In this document: piece after piece, positions 40,385 to 55,870 of the stretch
How the letters are laid out: every line of letters begins with the position of its first letter
Numbering within the stretch: the stretch's first letter is position 1
Origin: Eledone cirrhosa
Lineage: Eukaryota
DNA: 64,000 nt
Direction: 5' to 3'
Assembly (NCBI GenBank): GCA_964016885.1
Contig: OZ024741.1
Location: forward strand, 39,370,001 to 39,434,000
The notes under the pieces: model-generated
What the model was told of the DNA's origin: nothing
The model's database searches: none
Seen by the model: the letters and a program-made list of their open reading frames with translations, nothing else
Translations under genes and position numbers: made by a program

Positions 40385-40864
40385 ATATATACATATATAC
40401 ACCACAACGTATTTATTTTTGTCTTTGATAACTTTATATACAACTATATATTTGCCTATGTATGTCTAGAAATGTAAGTACGTGTGAATGTGTGTTTATA
40501 AATCTATGTATAAGTTTGTGTGTGATAGAGAAAGAGAATGAGAGAGAGGGAGACCGTAAGAGACTGTGTTCATTTGTGACATCCCCGACTTTCTTAAGTA
40601 GAAAATCGCCATTTCTTGCGAATTACCTCCCTCCTCTATTATAGTTGCCCTGACTTTTTTCAGACCACACTAAACAATTTGCTAAATACCCTAACCCAGA
40701 AACATTTACTGTCTAAAGATCCTTCTCAAGCAACTATTTTCTAATAGCAGTGGTTCCAAACCTTGCTTTATTAGAAATATTTTACATAATTTTCACCTCA
40801 AATGTAAGCCAGAGAAAACCACACCTGCTTCACAAGCAAGCCCACCACTCTATGATAAGCCATT

Positions 40865-41040
40865 AATTGCAGTATCGGTAGAGGGTCGGACACCATGATT
40901 TGACGCATAGAGTTACGGCCTTTGCCATTCTGAGTTCAAATCCCGACGAGGTTAACTTTGCCTTTCATCCTTCGATAAAATAAAGTACCAGTAAGGCACT
41001 GGGTAATTGCTGGCCTTGTGCCAAAAGTAAAAACAATTAA
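40865..41040 (+). mobile_element. SINE family A
   Basis: Family head and body. Confidence 0.85.
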
Positions 41041-41126
41041 ATTAAACAAAAATTGTCTATAATTAAAATATAATTCTTTTACATTATAGAAATATAATAC
41101 TTATATATAAATATATATACGGTATA

Positions 41127-41386
41127 AATAAAGCTTCATACACTTAACATGTATGTGAGACTATTTGTTTCGGGCCGTCACCGTATAGAGGAGGGGGCTC
41201 TTCCAATCTGGCCTCTCATCGGGAACACAGACAATAATACGAAAAAAGGAAATTCCTTTTTCATATATTTAGCTGCGTGCCCGATGTGGGCGAAGCTGGA
41301 AGAGCCTCCACAATACAGTGGTGGCCATAACTGGACCCCCAAACAAATAGTCGCACATATATGTTAAGTGTAAGAAACTTTATTTA
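41127..41386. repeat. Inverted repeat, ~50-bp arms
   Basis: TACACTTAACATGTATGTGAGACTATTTGTTT vs AAACAAATAGTCGCACATATATGTTAAGTGTA. Confidence 0.8.
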
Positions 41387-41466
41387 CACTATACAAGCTC
41401 TCTTGCAATAGATTGGGCTTTGTTTTTCCTTCACCTTTTATCTACGGATATTCTACACACACATAC

Positions 41467-41502
<36 letters not shown>

Positions 41503-41675
41503 ATATATACATATATACCTCGTATAAATATAACGAAATAAATGTGTTGAGGAACTAGGTGGACCATAACGTACCAGATTACTCGATACTTAGGGTAGTA
41601 GAGTGGGTAATAGGATTTCGGATCCAGCTATCGAAACGGCCAGAGTTCAGCCGTCGGGGTCCTGACTCTTTTCCT

Positions 41676-41728
<53 letters not shown>

Positions 41729-41770
41729 ACTCACTCACTCACTCACTCACTCACTCACTCACTCACTCAC

Positions 41771-41805
<35 letters not shown>

Positions 41806-41830
41806 ATATATATATATATATATATATATA

Positions 41831-42208
41831 CGAGGGTAATCCCAAAAGTAACGTCTCCAAAGTGATGGGGACGCAGAGAAACTGTTCGTACGGCTGTTGG
41901 CAACACTGTTGTGATTGGTGCTTCCTTCACTCCCAAACAAGCATGCACGCGCTTCGCTGGGATGCTCAATCTTGGCTTGACAGCCGTTGAGAATGGAGCT
42001 CCCATTCAACGAGCGAATTTCGCGCAGTTATTATGTAGAGCGCAATCCCAAAAGTAAGGTCTCCTTCCAATGAAAAAAAAAAAAATAGGTGGATCACTCT
42101 GGATGCTCTCTGCATTTTGATTCCTCAGGTTTCCCAAAGCACCATCCACAGGATTTTAACGGAAAAGTTGCAATATCGGAAGGAGACCTTACTTTTGGGA
42201 TTGCCCTC

Positions 42209-42209
<1 letters not shown>
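41831..42209 (+). mobile_element. Mariner deletion derivative inserted in (TA)n
   Basis: 28-bp TIRs CGAGGG(T/C)AATCCCAAAAGTAA(C/G)GTCTCC with TA flanks; transposase-like remnant VSQSTIHRILTEKLQYRK; extra TIR copy at 42041-42064. Confidence 0.85.
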
Positions 42210-42246
<37 letters not shown>

Positions 42247-42826
42247 ACTCATTTTATAACATGTTATCCATGTGCAACCTGCAGTATTCTTCTCCCCATT
42301 TTTTCACATATATTTACCTAAACTGCGATTCTGTTTTTCTCTTTCTCTCTCTCTTACTGCTCCCTCGTTCTCTCTGTTTCTCCTACTTTCTTTCGCCCCC
42401 TCTGTCATGTCAGTTAACTCTTCCTCACACTTCCACTCACTCACTCACTGTTTCTCCCCTTCTCACTTCACCCCGTTCGCGACGAATACATTTTCCTTCT
42501 TTCTCACATTTGGATTCATCTCGAAAGGTCTTTTTTCTAAGCGCTCATATATTCACCTAGCTTATGCTAACAGAATAACTATGTAGTTTGTTCCCTTCCT
42601 CTCTACGGTTAGCTTTCCTCTTTGTTGTTTACTTGTCTCACTCGCTTTACGCGTTTTAATTGTCCTAATAACTTAATTTAGTTATTATTGCACCGATGTG
42701 AGATATATGATTTTTAATGCAATGAAATATCTATGATCGCCGGCAAATCACTGATGAGGGACTCATTTTATAACATGTTATCCATGTGCAACCTGCAGTA
42801 TTCTTCTCCCCATTTTTTCACATATT

Positions 42827-42878
<52 letters not shown>

Positions 42879-42913
42879 ATAAATGTAATCTGAGTTTTTC
42901 GAATATTAATAAT

Positions 42914-43097
42914 TGTTTCTACTTTTGGCACAAGACCAGCAATTACCCAGTGCATTACTGGTACTTTATTTTATCGACCCCGTAAGGATGAAAGGCAAAG
43001 TTAACCTGGGCCGGTTTTGAACTCAGATCGTAAAGGGACGTAACTATGCTGGAAAGCATGGCGTCCGACCCTCTACCGATACTGCCAATCCACCGCC
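42914..43097 (-). mobile_element. SINE family A with TSD
   Basis: TTTTCGAATATTAATAAT on both sides. Confidence 0.92.
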
Positions 43098-43496
43098 CTT
43101 TTCGAATATTAATAATAACATTCGATTCGTTTGCAATTATGCAAACAAGCCACAATTTTATAGCAATGTCAGTAGAATGAACACCTCATTCTTGCTCTTA
43201 TTTATGAATATGTGTGTCTGTGTCACGTTAAACAACTCGATACATCCATGACGATATCGGGCTAGCTTCAGAAATTAAGATCTTACAACTGAAAAGCTGG
43301 CACAACGCAGAAACAATGTTTCACCTCTCACATTCCTCACTGGTCACATCTTTCCCCTTCCAAGTGTAATTTACCCCATTCCTTTCTTTTGTATTTAATA
43401 TTTGTACCTTGGCAGATTTTCATAAGTAAGACATACACATACTAACACACACATATACACACACACACACACATATATACATATGTGTGTGTGCGA

Positions 43497-43643
<147 letters not shown>

Positions 43644-45624
43644 TTATATATATATATATATAGATATGCATAAGTATATATATGTATATATATATACATA
43701 TATATGTGTGTGTGTGTGTATGCGTGCGTGTGTATGTGGGTGTGTGTGTCTGTATCTCTGTGTGTATATGTGTATATACATATATTTATAAATTGAGTGA
43801 GAGTATAATATGATTTATGAACGACTTATTTTCATACATCACTTCTTTCTTTTTTCTGTTTTTTTTTTCATTTTTGTATACATACATGTTGGCTCTCTGG
43901 CAAAATTTTATAAATTATGCTCAGAATGAAAATATATATATATATATATAAAAATAAATAAATAAAGATAATTTTGCATCGCAGAGAAAACATGTTGAGG
44001 ATTTGCAGATTTGGGCAGGAAGGAATTTGGTTTTGTATTAATTTTGGTTGTTATAATCTGTATCTTGCATTACCAATTTCAACCCAACATCCCAAACATT
44101 CATACATGTGGAAAACAAAGTTAATTTTTTTTTTTACTTTATTTTAAATTGCCCTTCTTTGCCTTTGCTTTATAACAATTGATTAAATTATTTCCCCCAA
44201 GAGTATTCTCACGAGCAGAACAGGTTCACTAATGCGTACAGATGCATTCATATATAGGCAGATACTTCAGTACATTCAAACATGTATACACATAGACATA
44301 CTTTTACAATTTCTCCTGTCTACGGCTCTTGTGTTTGTATGTGTGGTGAATGAGTTTGGCTTCTTTTTTGTTTAATGCGACAAGCTATGAGGTCATGGCA
44401 ACAGAGACACGAACTATGTTAAAGGTACTTCAATTAGAAGAGGTAATTCTTTTTCTTTTTTTATATTTTTTTCTTCATCTTCTTAACTCTAACTTGACAT
44501 CTTGATGTTCAAATAGCAGCAAAGTCAATTTTGTCTTTCATTTGAACCACAGTATAAATCATGATTTCTTTCACAGGCACAAGGACAGAAGTTTGAGGAA
44601 TGTAGATATGAAAATTGTCATTATATCTGTTCAATTTCTTTACTTTCTTTATTGACCTTCTGGAGAAGTAAAACTCAATTGAACCTCAGCGGATTTGAAC
44701 CCAAAATGCATATAACCGTAACTAAATACCACTAATCATCATCTCCTTTAAAATGTATGGCCCTGTGTCAGAGTAATGATCCGAATGGACAAGATATTGG
44801 ACCTCATTCGCTTACAGAGGGAGGTGGAATTCGTCAGATCGGACCAAGGAAACAATGTTTCCATTGATCTTTCGAATTCCTCATACCAGTCGGAACTCCT
44901 GGCAGACGTTACTCATGGAAGAGTGAAAAATCCTTTATTATTGAGGGTACAGGTGGTAGATCTGATATTGAGTTGAACAAAATAGCCTGAGACATTCAGT
45001 TATGTTCTAATTTTAGATCCGAATAATTCTTCTGTGGTCGGTAAAACATACTGATCAGCAAATACATTTATATTAGTTTAGTCCGGGTGAAGGTATCTGG
45101 ATATTGACCTCACATACTCCGAGTGCCTTTTCAATGAAGCAGATTAATTAGATTAGAAAGTGAGACGAATTTAAATATGAATTGAAAACATACCTACGAG
45201 ATCCATTTATATTCTATGGTATTAACCCTGTTCAAATATGTAATTCAAATAATTCCCCGTAGTTTTGTCAGATAACGGCTCAAATGTATTTGGAAGCCAT
45301 GTTAAAAGAAGTTTATAAATATCAGAATGCAGGCGCAAAATGACACTTTCTGCAAAAGGTCACACCGCTATTCATATTTAGTCGAACATTAAGTATATTT
45401 TTATTCACGTTCTCTCATGTACACATATTTAACCTTATTGCGAGCAGATGTCTAATATAATTTATGGTTATTATTTTCAAACAAAATACATTTTTCATTA
45501 TTACGACGGCTTACAGTTACGGTCCTTTATGTTCTGAGTTCAAATCCTGCCGAGGTTAACTTTGCCTTTCATTCTGATGGTGTCGATAAAATAAAGAACA
45601 AGTAACACACTGGAGTCGATTTAA

Positions 45625-46023
45625 CCCTTTAGCATTTACATTACTTTATATATACTATGTATTCTTGTGGTAAAGTCTTTATTTTACATAATTATCTCAC
45701 ATTTTATCGAATCGGTAGAGGGTCGGACGCCATGCTTTGCAGCACAGTTACGTCCCTTTACAGACTGAGTTCAAATCCCGCCGAGGTTAACTTTGCCTTC
45801 ATCCTTACGGGGGCGATAAAATAAAGTACCAGTAATACACTGGGATAATTGCTGGCCTTGTTCCAAAGTAGTAGAAACAATTATATCGAATCTCCGAGAT
45901 TTTGATGTTATTTATTTAGAGAGCAATACCTTAACTTCAGTATCAGTGGCCAGTTACGGCCGGTTTGAACAGAAAGAGGTTAGAGAATTCTGGCCGGATA
46001 TGGCCGGTTTAAATGCTAAAGGG
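45625..46023. mobile_element. piggyBac-like MITE (TTAA target) containing a SINE and itself inside a SINE
   Basis: TTAA|CCCTTTAGCATTTA ... TAAATGCTAAAGGG|TTTAA; inner SINE 45714-45883 with TSD TATCGAATC. Confidence 0.85.
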
Positions 46024-46089
46024 TTTAACGACTTTCCGCTTCCCTGCAAATTGCTGGCCTTAGAAGCATTTATTACGATAGGGAATAAG

Positions 46090-46310
46090 GACGGTGGATG
46101 GGTAGAGTCGTTAGAGCGCCCGGAAAATGTGTAGGAGTAATTGTTCCAAATCTTTACGTTCTGAGTTTAAATCCCTCTGAAATTAGCTTTGCTTTTATCC
46201 TTTCAAGGTCGATAAAATAAAGTAGTAGTCAAGTATTGGGGTCAATATAATCGATATTACTCCCCCTCCACAAATTTTTGGTATTGTTCCTAAACTAGAA
46301 ATCCTTATTA
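46090..46310 (+). mobile_element. SINE family A (older, diverged)
   Basis: TTCTGAGTTTAAATCCC...GGTCGATAAAATAAAGTA. Confidence 0.75.
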
Positions 46311-46722
46311 AAGTATTGAAATCAATAAACACTGGTTCTTACATAAAATTATAATGGAAGGTTTTTAGATAAATATAAACAATTTAAAACAAACAGTTTT
46401 GTATTATAAAACCAAAAGCAGTTTTAGACAGTTTGGTAGCAAAAGAGTTAAACTTTATCCCTCCCACTTACCTTTTCTCTCAGTATATCTCCTCTCTCGT
46501 GATGGTGGGTTCTCCGGTGATCTCAACGATGATCATTCCACTGTTCGACCATACTCATGAACTTAACTCGTAATATTTGTATATAGAGACTGGTGATATT
46601 TTCCATTGATCTCGAAAGGGTGGAAGCCAAGGTTGGCCTCGATGCAGAGAGCCGGTACGAATACTACAAAGCATTCTAACGACGATGCTAATTATATATA
46701 TATATATAGTTAACAATATTGG

Positions 46723-46935
46723 TTTCTTATATAGGCACAAGGCCAGCAATTTTGGAGGAGGGGAAAGTCGATTAAATGGACCCCAGTGCGTGACTGGTAC
46801 TTTATTTTATCGACCCCATAAGGATGAAAGGCAAAGTTAACCTCGGCGGGATTTTAACTCAGATCATAAAGGGGCGTAACTCTATGCTGCAAGGCATGGC
46901 GTCCGACCCTCTACCGATGGTGCCAATCCACCGCC
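46723..46935 (-). mobile_element. SINE family A with TSD
   Basis: TATATAG(T/C)TAACAATATT on both sides. Confidence 0.9.
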
Positions 46936-47131
46936 TATATAGCTAACAATATTAGTAACTGTTTACCTCAAACTTCGCCAAAGTTGCTGGCATTTCAAAA
47001 CTGTTCTGAAAAGATGATAACTTCAGTGTAACCTCGTAACTATTTTTACATACTATATTGACTCTATACACATATGCGAAGCCTTCATTTAGTGCACGTA
47101 TACTCTGTGTGTGTGTATACGTGTATACATA

Positions 47132-47188
<57 letters not shown>

Positions 47189-47240
47189 AGTTGCAGATGA
47201 ACAAATAAAACACAGGAGGCAATTAATTTTTCATATGTTC

Positions 47241-47322
<82 letters not shown>

Positions 47323-47700
47323 GGTGTCCAAAAAAATGTATACACACTTTTATTAGAATGCTGTTGAAGTGTGCATACAAAGTAACGCACTCTTAAAGAC
47401 TTGAAAACAATGAATAAAACGAACACTAAAATATAACTATTTAAAATTCCTCCCCGTATGTGAAAAACAGAGGCAATAAAAATTTATAAGAAGATAAAGA
47501 GTCACAGTACTTAACCAGAAGCCAACCTACCTCTTAGAAAATGCTTCATCTATCTTTGTTCTGTCTATGATTTCTGGTGCCACAAAACAATTGAGATATT
47601 AAGGAGGTGGAAATATCTTCTCTCTTTTTCACTTCATACATAAAATTATCTTGAGTAACAACTATTGCGTGTTTATTCTTGTATTATTTATTAGTACGAA

Positions 47701-47883
47701 GGCGGTGATTTGGCAGTATTGGTAGAGGGTTGGACGCCATGCTTTCTAGCATAGTTATGTCCCTTTACGGTCTGAGTTCAAATCCCGTCGAAGTTAACTT
47801 TGCCTTTCATCCTTACGGGGTCGATAAAATAAAGTACCAGTAATGCACTGGGTAATTGCTGGTCTTGTGCCAAAAGTAGAAAC
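47701..47883 (+). mobile_element. SINE family A with TSD
   Basis: TATTTA(T/C)TAGTACG on both sides. Confidence 0.9.
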
Positions 47884-49186
47884 TTATTTACTAGTACGTA
47901 ATGAAATTCTTGTATTCTTTTACTGGTTTCCTGAAACTAGGGTACTTTGCCTTCATATTATTCTATTATATATCCCTATAGTATGTATATATATATATAT
48001 ATATATATATACTAAAAGAAACAACCAGGACTGGATTTAGAACGTGGAGGGCCTGTGGTAGTTTGTGTTTGGGGGATTCAAGGAACATCAGATTTAGGGG
48101 TCCCGGGGCACATCTATCTTACTAGGCCCACCCCTACCGATAAAGCACTAACCCCGCTGAGAGTAACCTATAAATCCGACTCTGGAAAAAACAGCATGTC
48201 GTCTTTCCTGGTTTTCGCTATAAACCTCATTACAGGAAGAACATACCGTCTATTCCATGCATATACAATGCTAATTGATTATGATTTATTTACTTAGTGC
48301 CCATTATGCCTAAGCTTGTGAAAACTAAGTCATGAGTTATAAGCCCTAAGAGTTGATCTAAATTTGACACCGTTATTAGTAGTTTCAGTTAACAGTGCTT
48401 TATGTTCAGGAGGTGATTAGGGAAATGAGTGATATTTGCACATGTCCGTTAGATTGAACAGATGATTTCTCTAGGAACTCTTTCCTTTAACTGCTTCAAT
48501 GCACCACATTTAGAACATTTCTCATACGTTGTTCCCCACGTAGTTTATTCTCATTTCATTTTATGAAAAATGTTCGATTGTCCGAAAAACTTTTGAGATG
48601 TCCGAAAAACTTTTAAGATGCTGATCTTTTCCGTACGAGAAATTATATTCTTCAGTCTCTTTCTCATCTGTGTGCAGTTGTATAGTTCATTTTCCTGTTT
48701 ATAACACGCTCCGTTCTTCCATCAAGGTGTATTTGTAATATTTGCTCAGTATTGAGTAAGGGATGGAACCCATTCAGTTCAACACATTTTGTTTTCATTT
48801 GAAAATGAGGCCTTTAGATAGTCATTGAAACTGTTAGAAATATTAGGCTAGACACACTTTATTGTCTTAAAAAGAGTCTGAATTATGTAATCATATATAT
48901 GCACCTATGGAGCAACTTTGATCCAGGTCATTCTGCTCCTGAACACGCTACGTTTTGAGATGTATATATAGAATTAAATTATTGGATGTCTCTTAAAGAC
49001 GATAGACTTATTGTTTCACTGTTATTTCTAATAGGTTCAGCAATCACACACAGGGTCCACCTATATATATACATATATGTATATATGTATATATATACAC
49101 ATACGAAAAATTCGGGACACCGACGGCTGAGCTCCGGCCGTTTCAACGGCTAGATCTGAATCTAGCTCAGCCGTCGGGGTCTCGAA

Positions 49187-49223
<37 letters not shown>

Positions 49224-50329
49224 ATTAGTTGTGACCGGGAAGAAATCACAACTAAATATTGTATTCAAAACATTAGAAGAAAAAAATCATATTTATATGT
49301 ATAAAACAAAGCGGTTGACAAAAGAATCATTTGGAAAATTGTAATTTGAAATCTGTGCGTCAATTAAAATGGGCCACAATTTTAGTCGAATACTTTACAG
49401 AGTAGTTGAGAAAACCGAATAGAGTTCCAATTCTGTCTTTTTAGAAGATTTTAAGCCTGTAGATATAAATCTTATAAAATGACGAGATTGCTGGTCTCAG
49501 TGGGATTTGAACATGGAATTTGATTACACGAAAGTCATTTTGTCTTACGTTCTATCGACTGTGCCAATTCAAGGCTTACTGTAAATAAGCAATTGACATT
49601 CAATTAAGAACTGATCTTCACTAACTCCTTATCATCATCGACCTATTAAAGCGTATCGATACCAATTCTAATCAAATATATTATAACTTCGATAAATATC
49701 TCAATTAGCTACAAAGCGATTATCACGAGATTATGTTGCGTCAAGCGAATTAGATCCGTATTTGTCACCAGTCCGGAAGCTCTTCAGACCAGAGCTTATC
49801 TCGTTTTCATTGGCGTTAAACGACTGTGAGTACAAGATCCCAGCTTCCTGGACCGCCCGCCAGACGTTGAGTTAATCCCAAACTATTGCTGGTATTCAGT
49901 ACACAGCCGGCAATGTTGTAGAAACGATAGATGAAGCTTACATTGTGTTGATAAGATGGTAGTTATAATATGCTAGTTCGTGGAGGTGGGTTGCGTATCT
50001 TTCGCGTAGTTATGCTGAATACACTTAAGAATACTTTTTTAGTCTTTAATACTAGTTTTAGTTATTAGATTGCGGTCATGCTGGGTGATCGATTTAAAGG
50101 ACTTAGTCGATCATATCGGCCACAGTAAATATCTTTTCAAGATTGCTACATATTTTAACGATCTCATTTTTGGCAAACCGATGAGTTACGGAACATAAAA
50201 CCCATACACACGCGCACACGTACAGACACACGCAAACAATCAAACACTATATATATATATATATATATATATTTACTACCAAAATTAGATTAAAGATGCC
50301 ATGTCTGAGAATATCAGAAGAGCATACAC

Positions 50330-50428
<99 letters not shown>

Positions 50429-50599
50429 AGTGCTCTTACTCTTGCATATTTATACCAAATTTGTACTAGAGTATTTATATATATATCACCTTGATCACCT
50501 TGACCAACCAGTCTGTCGGGCGCCATTCGGCGCCGCTGGTCACAGCCCGTGCTGTTTTAGCCATACGATGACGTCCTCCCACTGGCTGGGCGGGCAGGC

Positions 50600-50880
50600 C
50601 GTAAGTCTAAAGTCTGTCTTAAGCCAGAAGGCTCATTTGGCCGGTGCTTAGCCCGGTTTCATGTCGTGAAGCGACTGAGAGTACAAGACTCCCCCCCTGG
50701 ACAGGACGCCAGTCCATCGCAAGGTTAAACCTCCAGCTATGCTGGTACTCATTTTCAGGTGAGTAAACTGGAGCACCGTGAAATAAAGTGTCTTGCTCAA
50801 GAAAACAACACATCACCCGGTCCGACAATTGAACTCACAACCTTTCGATTGCAAGCCTACTACTCTAACCACTAAGTCTT
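50600..50880 (-). mobile_element. tRNA-headed SINE with V-domain-like core
   Basis: - strand CTTAGTGGTTAGAG...GAGTTCAATT head; CCTTGCGATGGACTGGCGTCCTGTCCAGGG resembles the V-SINE core; degenerate relative at ~49785-49900. Confidence 0.7.
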
Positions 50881-50906
50881 CACATGTATATATATATATA
50901 TATATA

Positions 50907-50967
<61 letters not shown>

Positions 50968-51250
50968 TGTCTGTTTTGTGTCCTGTAATTCATAAATTCA
51001 ACAAAATGACGTTGGCCCTCAGAAGTATTAGTCAACAAAATTCCACTCACAAGACATAGGCCAGCCTGAGGGGATAATAGAAGCACAATAATTTAACACA
51101 AACATTAATATTATTGGTGAATAATTTCATTTTAATATGTTTTTACTCATTTATATTTTACAGTTATTTAACAACGAATATACCGAGGCAAAAGCATAAA
51201 AGAATTCGGTCAATCAAATCCTCCCCAGTAGTTATATTATTGACTACGGG

Positions 51251-51446
51251 CAGACCCGTCAACTCTCCCCGTCGGACGGGGAGTTCTCCCACCCACTTTG
51301 GGGTGGGTGAGCGATGTCTACTCTCGTGAAAATAGGTATAGCTTTCATTATGTAAAATCTCCCCATTTTGCCTAATTTCTCACCGTTTTGGGGAACTTTT
51401 TATTCATGGTACTCCTCTTTGGGGTTTTTAGAGGTTGGCAGGTCTG
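51251..51446. mobile_element. Small MITE (hAT-like CAG ends)
   Basis: CAGACCCGTCAACTCT vs AGAGGTTGGCAGGTCTG; flanks TACGGG / TACGGA suggest a ~6-bp TSD. Confidence 0.6.
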
Positions 51447-51493
51447 TACGGAACATTAACAAAGAGTAAATATAACACTGACATATATATAAC

Positions 51494-51550
<57 letters not shown>

Positions 51551-51554
<4 letters not shown>

Positions 51555-51797
51555 TTATTAAAATAACAGATTAAAATTTAAGCAAAGAAGTATTGCTTCC
51601 GCCCTTAACGGGATCTTCTGAAAGGACTTCTGAAAGAAGATCCCGTTAAGGGTGAAAGCAGCGATTCTTTGCTTAAATTTTAATCATCTGTTATTTTAAT
51701 AAATATTTGCTCTACGGTTTTACATATTTTTATATATATATATTATCCTTATCTAACTCTCTTCACATTTTAGTCTTCACATTTATTATTATTACTT

Positions 51798-51800
<3 letters not shown>
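51551..51800 (+). mobile_element. Fold-back repeat; uninverted relative at 53575-53730
   Basis: CCCTTAACGGGATCTTC vs GAAGATCCCGTTAAGGG; arms run out to (TA)n. Confidence 0.75.
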
Positions 51801-51875
<75 letters not shown>

Positions 51876-52310
51876 ATATATACACACACATACGGTGTAC
51901 TTCCATACACTTTCCATCTAATAAATTTCATCCATATAACACACTCTTTCCCAAACAGACACGAAGAAGGACTGAAGTCGAAAGCAAGCAGTTGCAAAGC
52001 AAACACGTTAATAATATAGATATGCCCTCACGGGGTCTAGTGGAGATGGTTGCTTCCTACAAGACCAGCTTGAAGGTGTGATTGAGGACTTTGCCTTGTC
52101 GACCCTCCCAGGAATAAGTAGGCAAAGAAGGAGAGGAAAAAATATGCGGTAGAACTAAGACACGCCCCCCCCGCCCCCGCACACACGCACACACATATAT
52201 ATATATATATATATACATATTTTTTAAATGGCTTCTACAGGACTAGAACTATATCATTCGGGAGAAATCATCATTAATATGGTTACCCCCGATTGACCCC
52301 GGGATAAACT

Positions 52311-52344
<34 letters not shown>

Positions 52345-52630
52345 CGTGCGTTTCTGTTTCATTATTCTTAATATACTTCCATTCTGCCAGTCTCATTTCC
52401 TGAAAAATCTAGTCCCCTTTGTACTGTTTTAAACTTTTGAACTCCTTGCCAAATCAAACCCTAATTTTGTATCATTTAAGCAAATGTGAAATAGTACTCT
52501 ATCTTAATCTTTTAATCCATCTTCCTACCTCATCCTTCCTAACTTGAAGCACATCTGTGCCTTGGCCTTCCAAATTTGCAATTTAGAAAATTATGTATAT
52601 ATACGTATATACTGTGTATCTATATACCCA

Positions 52631-52743
<113 letters not shown>

Positions 52744-52760
52744 TTGTATATATTTATATA

Positions 52761-52811
<51 letters not shown>

Positions 52812-52828
52812 TTGTATATATTTATATA

Positions 52829-52883
<55 letters not shown>

Positions 52884-52900
52884 TTGTATATATTTATATA

Positions 52901-53048
<148 letters not shown>

Positions 53049-53727
53049 CGTGTGTGAGTGTGTATTTATATATATATATACATACACAGAACACACGCAC
53101 ATTTACATACATGATATAATGAAGGGTATGTGTATACAGGCACGCAGGGAAAGGGGGCGGGGAGATCGTATACTCGTTTTACTTGCATTTAAAATGTCTT
53201 CTTCTTCTTCTTCTTCTTCTTCTTCTTCTTCTTCTTCTTCTTCTTCTTCTTCTTCTTCTGTTCAAAAGTTCTTATGTTCAAAATGAATCATTTACTTGAT
53301 TTTTTCATTTTTTCTTCTCTTTACGTTGCCTCACCATTCATGTCTGTTTACTTGTCTTTCTCTTTCTCCACCCAATACTTTTTATTCCAATAACTAATTT
53401 TAGTTATTGTATTGCCCTAGCCGAAGAAATACTATGATGGCTAGTAGACCACTGAGGATGGATGGTCCTGGCTTCTATTTCTAATTCTTCATTTTATTAT
53501 ATATATGTCTTCCTTCGGTTGCAACGTTTTTTGAAATATTTACTTCTGCCTTCACAGATTGACTTTTTTAGTTTCAGAAGATCCCGTTAAGGGTAAAAGC
53601 AGCGATTTTTTGCTTAAACTTTAATCTGTTATTTTAATAAATATTTGCTCTACGGTTCTTATATATCTTATATATGTTCATCCTTATCGAGCCCTCTTTA
53701 GATTTTAGTCCTCAAATTCATTATTAT

Positions 53728-53984
<257 letters not shown>

Positions 53985-54005
53985 ATGTGTGTGTGTATAT
54001 ATGTG

Positions 54006-54037
<32 letters not shown>

Positions 54038-54070
54038 TACACTCATACACACACACACACACACACACAC

Positions 54071-54139
<69 letters not shown>

Positions 54140-54221
54140 CATGCATATATGCATATAAATACATACATTACATACATACAAACGTATAAGTATACCCTAT
54201 TTGTCTATGTATCTACTTATC

Positions 54222-54303
<82 letters not shown>

Positions 54304-54784
54304 CAACAACAGTTGTGAGCATGAGGTATTCAAGTTGATTATGAAGCAAGAGACAAGAGCGGGATTAATAAGCTAATAAGCTAATTAGCAATTTTTACGC
54401 CTTGCAGTTTGCTTGTTTGGTTGGTTGCTTGTATCATTGGTTGTTTGTTGGTCGATTCACAGCATGTCTGCGCAGTAATGGTGAATTAATTTAGCCAGCT
54501 GACCACATTTTAATTCAATTATTTATCTGTCCATCTTGATGACAGTCAATTGATTTATCATTAGGTATCCTGCTTCTGATAACTCTTCCTTCTCACATTA
54601 TAAGATATACTACAGCTTTTGCTTCTGTTCTCCCATTTATATACTGACTTAATTTACAAATACCTGAAAACCTGAAACCACACAAACTTCTCTATTCTGC
54701 CACCTACCAATTAACACAAGATGCTCTCTCTCTCTCTATCTCTCTATCTCTCTCTGTCGCACACACACACTCAAAATATGTGTG

Positions 54785-54861
<77 letters not shown>

Positions 54862-54911
54862 GTGTGTGTGTGCACATATATAAACATACATACGTACATA
54901 CACAAACACAG

Positions 54912-55008
<97 letters not shown>

Positions 55009-55130
55009 AAAATAGTTGAAGAAACTCAGTTCCTGATCCTTCTGTATTCCGGAGTGTAATAAAGAATGAATAATAACGGGTAGACATAAAAAGGTAATTT
55101 AATGTATGTATGTATGTATATATATATATA

Positions 55131-55226
<96 letters not shown>

Positions 55227-55753
55227 TATAGATATAGATAGATAGATAGATAGATAAATCTAACAAAATATACGGTAGTGTCCAATGTAATCCAAATATC
55301 ATGAAAAGAGAAGATGCATTCAAATATTTTCGATGAAAATCATAGGAAAACAGTCAAGATAAATAATTTATATATATATATGTGTATATATATATAATTT
55401 ATATATATATATATATATATTAGAAAGTGAGGTTTTTTTTACAAAATGAAAAATAACCGAGGTGTCCTACACGAGTGAAAGTATAAAGAAAAAAAGATGA
55501 AATCGAAAATGCACCTGGAGTCTTATTTAAAAAAATATATATATATTTATTTGGTTCCTTTACCGGTTTCGCAGTTCTTCTGTTTTTCAAAAGTAGAGTT
55601 GAGATGGAGGGTCTGTGGTTTTTCTCACATCTGAGATGTGAGAAAAACCACAGACCAAGTAAACCATAAACGCAAATAAAGAAAGATATCTATCTGACTA
55701 TCTATCCCTTTCTTCAATTCCTCAATTCCTATCTAATTCCTCACCCTTTCTAG

Positions 55754-55870
<117 letters not shown>

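Noticed and set aside
44370-44976. Possible host exons (MATETRTMLKVLQLEE|GT at ~44395-44442; 66-aa ORF 44776-44976)
   Set aside because: No recognisable domain or consistent splice chain; would need RNA-seq or homology
47320-47395. Tc1-like end TA|CAGGGTGTCCAAAAAAATGTATACACACTT with partial inverted copy; also a lone hAT-like end at ~48026
   Set aside because: Matching second terminus is degenerate or not found, so boundaries cannot be supported
55550-55660. HHR-like motif on - strand (TTGAAAA...GAAACCGGTA) and adjacent palindrome; similar partial motifs at ~9003, ~38710-38735 and ~53577
   Set aside because: Core nucleotides are mutated or half is missing; treated as decayed remnants, not called as ribozymes
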